Positions 36,821 through 42,626 of a DNA stretch of 42,626 bases are shown here, one piece after another. The notes below the pieces were generated by a model. It worked only from the letters and a program-made list of their open reading frames with translations, did not search any database and had not been told where the DNA came from. How positions within the stretch are numbered: the stretch's first letter is position 1; the number at the start of each line of letters is the position of its first letter. The translations under genes were made by a program, and so were the position numbers. The DNA comes from an uncultured Thermococci archaeon (lineage in GTDB: Archaea > CAYQAE01 > CAYVLA01), in NCBI GenBank assembly GCA_964549615.1, contig CAZJVP010000044.1, positions 1-42,626 on the forward strand, read 5' to 3'.

Positions 36821-37429
36821 AGAGCTGCACTCAGAGAGCTTGGCTCGCCAACGCAGGATCGCGGGCGGAACTGGAAGCGCAATCCTGAATGCTCCCTCGG
36901 TAGTCTCCTCGTCTGCGACGTCGTAGCTCTGAGTTCGCCACATCGGGGTCGCCATGGTCTGCGCCTCCTAGGGAGATCCTTCGCCTGCGCAGAACCAGAT
37001 CGAAGGAGAGTTCTTTCGCTGTGCGTGAGCTTGGACGATGTTGAAGCGCTCTCTAGCTATCAACGCGCTTTTCCCGAACTTCTATTCCCACCTTCCGGGG
37101 GCTTCACCGGAACGCACAGCTTCCGGATGAACCATCTAATCGTGTCCTGCGCAAATGCAGATATTGAAACGGTCGTACTTGGCTGGAATGGCGAAGCAAG
37201 AAGGGGGGCGGCCGGCCAGCCGGCAGATCGTGTGCAACTTCATCGAAATCGAGCCTCACCTAGGCCGCTAGCTGCAAAACCGAACGGGTCTTGGACTATC
37301 CTAGCCCGATGCGGCATTACAGCTGGGCTCACCACCAGCCGCCCGATCATCGCCCATTGGTCCGATCGCCGATCGCCGGACGGAAGGCTTATATTCCAAG
37401 GTAACGAGGGCAAGTTGGGTGCAGTCATC

Positions 37430-38683
37430 ATGTGCCCCGCCAGCAGGTGCTGCATCCGGGGGCTGGGCCTGTTCGCCATCGCCGCGCTCGCCATCCAGCT
37501 AGGGACCGGACTGGAAGACGGGCGGATCGGGGTTCTCTACGTCGGCTGCATAGCCCGTTCAAGGCCTTTCTGGATAATGAGGGGCGACCCGATGTTCAGG
37601 ATGACCTTCGTGCAGGCGACCCTCCGGGACTGGGCGGCCGTCGGACCGATGCCCGCCTCCAACGAGGCGCAGGTCCACAGGATGGTGAGAATGCAAATGC
37701 CCCGCACATACGAGGATCTCGTCGCGAACTACGACGTCCTTGTCTTCCACAACGCCAATGTGCTCGCGGTCGGCACACACATACCCAGACTGGCCCAAGC
37801 CGTCTCCGAAGGCGGGCTTGGTCTGCTGATGTCGGGAGGGTGGGAGTCCTTTGGCGGAGCGGGCTCAACATACCCTCCTTGGGGGGAAACCTCCGTCGGC
37901 AGACTGCTGCCCACGGAGGACATAGTCGGGATATGGGAGCAGTCCGGGCGTCTGGTCATCGACAAGCCCCGCCATGAGTTCATCAGCAGCCTGCCCTGGG
38001 ATATGAGGGATCCGGACCTCGTCGCCGAAATAAAGTGGCACCACAACCCGGTCAAGCTCAAACACGGATCCGAGCAGTTGGCCCACGTGATAACCAGCCT
38101 CGGCCGTGAGGATCCGCTCATGGTCATCTGGACCCTCGACAACGGCGCTAGGGTCTTCGCACTGACGAGCGAGATCCATTGCCTGTGTTGGATGGGCGGA
38201 CAGTACGGAAACGCCTGGAGGTACGCCATCGACTTCGGCTGCAACCTGATGATCTATCTGGACAACAGGCCGGTGCCGCAGGACGTCGAGCTTGTGCATG
38301 CGGCTAGGGCCAAGATGTTCGAGGTTGAGACGAGGAGATCGCTGCTCCTTGCCCTCCTGGACTTCTGCGAATCGTTCGGAGCAAGCACTAGGACCATCAT
38401 GCCCAGGTTCCAGGAGATAGATTCGGTGATCGCCGAGGCCCTGCCGCAGTACCTTCAGCTCCAGTTCGAGGAGATGCTGGAGAGCTATCGAGTCGCGGAC
38501 GAGATGCTGGCCAAGGCGGAGGAGGAGGCGGTGAGGCTAAAGGACCGCACCCTTCTCTGGGTCTACGTCATAGAGTGGTTGACCGTGACCGGCACGGCGA
38601 TGGTCTGCGGTTTCCTTGTCTGGTCGCTGATGATCCGCCGCAGGCTTTACCGCGAGGTTCGAACCACGAGATTCGGCATGTAG
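37430..38683 (+). CDS. Exported, membrane-anchored class I GATase-like (DUF1355-like) domain protein
   Basis: Signal-like N-terminus, VLYVG, PRTYEDLVANYDVLVF, GGLGLLMSGGWESFGG, LLP, SLPW, GARVFA, helical stalk, TM plus RRRLYREVRTTR. TTATAT at 37389-37394 supports start 37430. Confidence 0.75.
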   Translation: MCPASRCCIRGLGLFAIAALAIQLGTGLEDGRIGVLYVGCIARSRPFWIMRGDPMFRMTFVQATLRDWAAVGPMPASNEAQVHRMVRMQMPRTYEDLVANYDVLVFHNANVLAVGTHIPRLAQAVSEGGLGLLMSGGWESFGGAGSTYPPWGETSVGRLLPTEDIVGIWEQSGRLVIDKPRHEFISSLPWDMRDPDLVAEIKWHHNPVKLKHGSEQLAHVITSLGREDPLMVIWTLDNGARVFALTSEIHCLCWMGGQYGNAWRYAIDFGCNLMIYLDNRPVPQDVELVHAARAKMFEVETRRSLLLALLDFCESFGASTRTIMPRFQEIDSVIAEALPQYLQLQFEEMLESYRVADEMLAKAEEEAVRLKDRTLLWVYVIEWLTVTGTAMVCGFLVWSLMIRRRLYREVRTTRFGM

Positions 38684-38782
38684 CCTAGAGACTCCGGGCA
38701 CATGCAGAACCATGCAAGACTCCGGCAGCTCGAATCATATCGTAAGCCCCCACTTTCCGGCCCATCGTGGACGGTTACAGGC

Positions 38783-40039
38783 CTAGCGCGGCCTTTCGAA
38801 GCCCCCCGCCAGGCGGGTCGTCAGCGTTTCCCTGTAAAGCATCCTCCTGACCATGAGCGTCCAGACGAGCGAGCCGGTCAACATGAGAGTCGCAGTCACG
38901 ACGACCCACTCCACCACGAAGACCCAGAAGAGGGCAGCGTTCTTGACATCCAACGCCATGTCCTGCCCCGCCTTCATCATATCCAAAGCCTGCTTCATGA
39001 GTTCCGAGGAACGGTCGAAATCCTGTGAGACGTAGGCCGCGTACGAGGACGTTCGAACCGCCTCGATCTCGTCAAGCCAGTCCTCGAGCTTGGCCGTGTT
39101 TACCCCGAACCGATCGACGAACTCGACCATCGAGAGGAAGAGCAGGCGTTCGTCGTGGTATATCCTGAGGAGCCTTCGAAGCTCATGGGCGAGGAGCGGG
39201 TCGCTGGGAAGCTTGAGGCGAACCGAGAAGTAGACGAAGTTGGCGCACATGTCGTCGAAGAAACCCCACTCCTCCATGTTGGGGTTGTCGAGGACTTCGA
39301 ATGGGGTCATGAACGCCAGCACCCTGCCATTCCCGAACTCGCCGTAGGCAAGGATCGGCCATCTCTCCTTAACGTCGGCCTCGGCAAGGAGGTGCCCGCC
39401 CTCGCGCATGGTCACTGCATTGAGGGAGTAGGGAAACGGAGGGATCTTGGACCAGGGAAGGCTGGCGATCAATTCGTTTGTCGGGTCGGAGACGACCAGC
39501 CGGAAGTAGTACGGCTTCAGGTATCGGCCCTCGATTGGCTCGACGGGCAGGATGCTGCCGATCGACGTGCCTGCCCAAGAAGGATAAGAGCCCGTGGTGC
39601 CGCCAAAGCTCGTATGGCCCCCGGTCATCATGTAACCCAGCCCTTCAGCCCAGACCGAGTCAGACACCATCTGGATCTGTTTGTCGGTGAAGGCAAGCAG
39701 TTGGATGTTGCCGTATGTGACCATGTCGTATTGATCGGCCATCTGTTGCCTGGACCTGGGATATCTCAGGTTCATGTAGCGCCTGATCTGCTCCAGCTGC
39801 GCGCCGAAGTCGTGGTACGGGATGACCGACGTTTGGATGAGAGGATCCTCGAGCAGATACTGCGGCCTCCCGCCGTAGGGCCACTGCCCCACATAGAGCA
39901 CCCTGGCCCTCCCCGTCTCCGCGTCGGTCCTTGCCCAGCCGGCCCAACACATCAAGAGGGCGTAGCCGATCAGGAGCGCCACCAACGGGACGTGCATACC
40001 AAGTCCGACCGCGCAAAAGCCTCCCGACCTTCGGCGCAT
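38783..40039 (-). CDS. Exported, membrane-anchored class I GATase-like (DUF1355-like) domain protein, paralog of 37430-38683
   Basis: Signal-like N-terminus, VLYVG, PRSRQQMADQYDMV, GLGYMMTGGHTSFGG, ILP, SLPW, GNGRVLA, helical stalk, TM plus RRMLYRETLTTR. Confidence 0.78.
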   Translation of the reverse strand: MRRRSGGFCAVGLGMHVPLVALLIGYALLMCWAGWARTDAETGRARVLYVGQWPYGGRPQYLLEDPLIQTSVIPYHDFGAQLEQIRRYMNLRYPRSRQQMADQYDMVTYGNIQLLAFTDKQIQMVSDSVWAEGLGYMMTGGHTSFGGTTGSYPSWAGTSIGSILPVEPIEGRYLKPYYFRLVVSDPTNELIASLPWSKIPPFPYSLNAVTMREGGHLLAEADVKERWPILAYGEFGNGRVLAFMTPFEVLDNPNMEEWGFFDDMCANFVYFSVRLKLPSDPLLAHELRRLLRIYHDERLLFLSMVEFVDRFGVNTAKLEDWLDEIEAVRTSSYAAYVSQDFDRSSELMKQALDMMKAGQDMALDVKNAALFWVFVVEWVVVTATLMLTGSLVWTLMVRRMLYRETLTTRLAGGFERPR

Positions 40040-40262
40040 TGTCCCGGCCGTCCATCAAGACATCCTGATAAGTATATGGGGCGGGCCGGCCTTCGCCAGA
40101 TGGTCGGGTGGCACCCTTCATCGTGCTCGGGCCTTTGGCCAAGCCCGGACGAGGGCCCTGGACGCAGGTTGCGGAAGGCCTACGACATATTCTTCAGCCT
40201 ATCTGGGTGGCCTGCCAAGGATCCAAGCCCACCGCAAAGAGGGCTGGCTTCCGGATCGACGG

Positions 40263-42251
40263 ATGGAGAGAATAATGGCGAACTGTCAGAGTGCCTCGAC
40301 GGAAAGTTCTTCGCGGCCGGAGGGCTCGTCCTCGGATGGCGCGGAGGTCTGCCACGTCGGCGCCCAACTCCACCTCCAAGCCGGTGTGCCCGATGAGACG
40401 TATCTGCGCCACCTCCGGGCGTTCGTCGAGGAAGGCATGGCCGATTACGTCCTCCTGGTCGCATACTCGCTGGACGAGGCGGCCTTGGATGCCGTCGCGC
40501 AGTACCTGAGAGACCACAAGGTCCATTTCTTCCTGCAAGAGAAGCTCAATCCAAACGAATGGCGGTATTCGCGCAAGGAATTGGACGGGCTGCGTATGAT
40601 CGCCGGCGACCTTTTCCTCGGAATCCACTGGGGAGAGTTGGATAGCTCTGGGCTGAGACCTGAGGACTACCTTCCCGAGAAGGTCTACCGCGATCCCACC
40701 CGCCGGGCCGTAAAGGAAGCCTTGCTGGAGCGCATCCGGTGCTTGGTCGACAAAGCCCACGAGCGCGGGGTGCCGGTTGGGCATAGCTCTGCCCTCCTTT
40801 ACCACCACATCTTCGCCGAGGCCGGGGTGGATATCATATGCAGCGAGATCGGCGAGAACATACCCAACGCAGGCATGATGATCGGCGCAAACCGCGGCAC
40901 TGCGCGCGCCTACGGAAGGCGGTGGATGATAGATCACTCGACTTGGTGGTCCCCACGCGGAAACGCTGGAAAGCAGGTCTCGCCACGGGAGGGCCACACG
41001 CCATGGTGCATGTTCACAACCCTGCTTGCGGCAGCCATGGGCGGTGCCGACTTCGTGCAACTCGAGGTCGACTGGGCTGTTTATCCCGAAGATAGCCTCT
41101 TTCGGCCAGGCCGGGACAAGCCAGCACCGCTCCTGCCCTGGGGTAGGGCACTCAAGACCCTGTTCTCCCTGACGCGAAGGATCGGACCCCGCGGCGGAAC
41201 CGTCACGCCCTTCGCCATCCTTCTTGGCCATGAGAACGGTTGGCCGGGCGTCGGTTGGCGCACCGGGGACGTAAGGGCCACCGGGCTGTTCGACGGTCAC
41301 CGACACATGTTCATGCAAACGCGGGATTCCGACCTTTCGCTGAAAGTGCTTGACGTGTTCTACCCCGGGTTCGAGCGCTGCGGATGGGATCCTGAGTACC
41401 CGGGATTCCTTGCGGAGAGTCCGTTCGGGCAGCTGGATATCGTCCCGGACAACCTGCCACCGCAAAGCTATTCGCGCTACGATGTCCTGGTCGCTCTCGG
41501 GTACCACCGAATGACCGATGGACTGAGCGAGGCGCTCACTCGCTTCGTGAAGGGCGGTGGCGTCCTCATCTGCGGTGACACCATGTTCCGGGATGAGCAT
41601 GAGAACCTTGTGGAGGCCGATCTCGCCGAACCGCTCATAGGCTGCAGATGCGATTGGCGCGGCGATCCCATTCACCTGGTGCAGCCCGTGGGATACATCG
41701 ACGCAATCGAAGGACTGACGGTTCCGGCGAGCTGCCAGGAGTGGCAGGACCATTGGCTTCGACCCGTCCAGCTGACGGCCGGCCGCGTCGTCGCACGATT
41801 GGATGACGCGCCCTACGTGATCGAAACCAGGCTGGGCACCGGACGAGTCTTCTTCGTGACCGGGCTGAACATGGTTGGCAGCGATGCCCGCCGCCGCGGG
41901 CCGGAGCCGTTCCTTTATGCGAACACGCTGTATCGCTTCCTTCACGCCCTCAAAGACCATGTCGGAGACGGAATTCAGTTCACCCCCTGGACGAGCCTTG
42001 AATACGTCTACAACAGGAAGGCGGACGGCACCGCCATGCTCCTGGTGATGAACCACGGCGACATGCCCTATACCCGGGATCTTCGGATGAAAAACCCGGA
42101 CGGCTTCGCGCGGGCCCACGTGATCGCCAAGGGGACATGGGAGGGATGGTCTGCGGGAAGCGCAGTTAACCTCAGCGAGCGAGGCGGCACTCTTGCTTGG
42201 TCGTTTGACCTCCCGCCCAAGAGCTTCATCTTGTTCGAGCTCTCCCCATGA
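40263..42251 (+). CDS. Putative glycoside hydrolase-like protein with a beta-galactosidase trimerisation (GATase-like) domain
   Basis: Barrel-like N-half (LGIHWGE, AGVDIICSEIGE, NRGTARAYGRRW, MGGADFVQLE). Then YSRYDVLV..G...LTRFVKGGGVLI and LGTGRVFFV. Confidence 0.6.
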   Translation: MERIMANCQSASTESSSRPEGSSSDGAEVCHVGAQLHLQAGVPDETYLRHLRAFVEEGMADYVLLVAYSLDEAALDAVAQYLRDHKVHFFLQEKLNPNEWRYSRKELDGLRMIAGDLFLGIHWGELDSSGLRPEDYLPEKVYRDPTRRAVKEALLERIRCLVDKAHERGVPVGHSSALLYHHIFAEAGVDIICSEIGENIPNAGMMIGANRGTARAYGRRWMIDHSTWWSPRGNAGKQVSPREGHTPWCMFTTLLAAAMGGADFVQLEVDWAVYPEDSLFRPGRDKPAPLLPWGRALKTLFSLTRRIGPRGGTVTPFAILLGHENGWPGVGWRTGDVRATGLFDGHRHMFMQTRDSDLSLKVLDVFYPGFERCGWDPEYPGFLAESPFGQLDIVPDNLPPQSYSRYDVLVALGYHRMTDGLSEALTRFVKGGGVLICGDTMFRDEHENLVEADLAEPLIGCRCDWRGDPIHLVQPVGYIDAIEGLTVPASCQEWQDHWLRPVQLTAGRVVARLDDAPYVIETRLGTGRVFFVTGLNMVGSDARRRGPEPFLYANTLYRFLHALKDHVGDGIQFTPWTSLEYVYNRKADGTAMLLVMNHGDMPYTRDLRMKNPDGFARAHVIAKGTWEGWSAGSAVNLSERGGTLAWSFDLPPKSFILFELSP

Positions 42252-42513
42252 TACGCCGGCGAACTTCCCTCCAACCCCGGCCGCGATATGTCCTGCCGCC
42301 AGGGCTCGCAGCCGTCCGCGATGGCCGCACAAGCCAGTGTGCCTTGGAATCCTGAGAGCAGACGCCCAAGACCCCTAGGCCCCTTTCAGGGTTCGCTTGG
42401 TTTCCAAGCTTCCAAGCGAAACAGACTTAAACCCCGGGCTTTGATGGCTTGTTGCCGGATTGTTTCCGGACGATGCATCGGTACGGACAAGTATACAGAA
42501 CGGAGGTAGCAGC

Positions 42514-42626
42514 ATGAAAGAGAACACGGTTTTCATCGGGAACAAGGGACTGATGAACTATGTACTGGCGATCGTGACCCAGTTCAACACGACTGATGCC
42601 AGCGAGGTCGTGGTGAAGGCGCGGGG
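42514..42626 (+). CDS. alba: DNA/RNA-binding protein Alba, 5' part (truncated by window end)
   Basis: Manual translation [38 protein letters not shown] matches the Alba signature. SD GGAGGT at 42502-42507. Confidence 0.92.
   Translation, partial: MKENTVFIGNKGLMNYVLAIVTQFNTTDASEVVVKAR

Noticed and set aside
36821-37400. Long intergenic gap, possible decayed gene or ncRNA
   Set aside because: No consistent reading frame, repeat or recognisable RNA motif found.
39155-40396. 413-aa + strand ORF, and similar shadows such as 30484-31641, 12035-12787 and 26532-27419
   Set aside because: They overlap well-supported genes on the other strand or frame and have non-protein-like composition.
40194-42332. 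712-aa antisense ORF
   Set aside because: It lies fully opposite the coherent + strand gene 40263-42251, has no recognisable motifs, and long antisense shadows are expected at high GC.
1-42626. CRISPR array, tRNA/rRNA, transposase or integrase
   Set aside because: No regularly spaced repeats, cloverleaf or rRNA signatures, or DDE/tyrosine-recombinase motifs were seen on manual reading.

Overview
GC-rich, gene-dense window from an archaeon. The evidence is a partial Alba gene at the right edge, TATA/BRE-type promoters, GGAGG/AGGTGA ribosome-binding sites and archaeal-type families (PK_C-only protein, stand-alone glutamate synthase domain, clan AA protease-like protein). It is mostly catabolic and accessory. 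Glycan-processing genes include GH116, three large unassigned glycosidase-like proteins, a surface-anchored PL10 pectate lyase, a CE7 acetylesterase and an FGE-like/sialidase fusion. Sulfate-ester enzymes include a Cys-type sulfatase and an ASST. There are also redox enzymes and two intact UroD/MtaA-family genes plus one decayed copy. The most unusual elements are a convergent pair of paralogous membrane-anchored GATase-like proteins with a highly conserved C-terminal anchor motif, a tandem pair of membrane-tethered treble-clef zinc-finger proteins (one SWIM plus FYVE/RING-like), and three disrupted genes that the ORF track shows only as fragments. I saw no rRNA, tRNA, CRISPR array or recognisable IS element. 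All family calls come from motif recognition by eye, not database searches.
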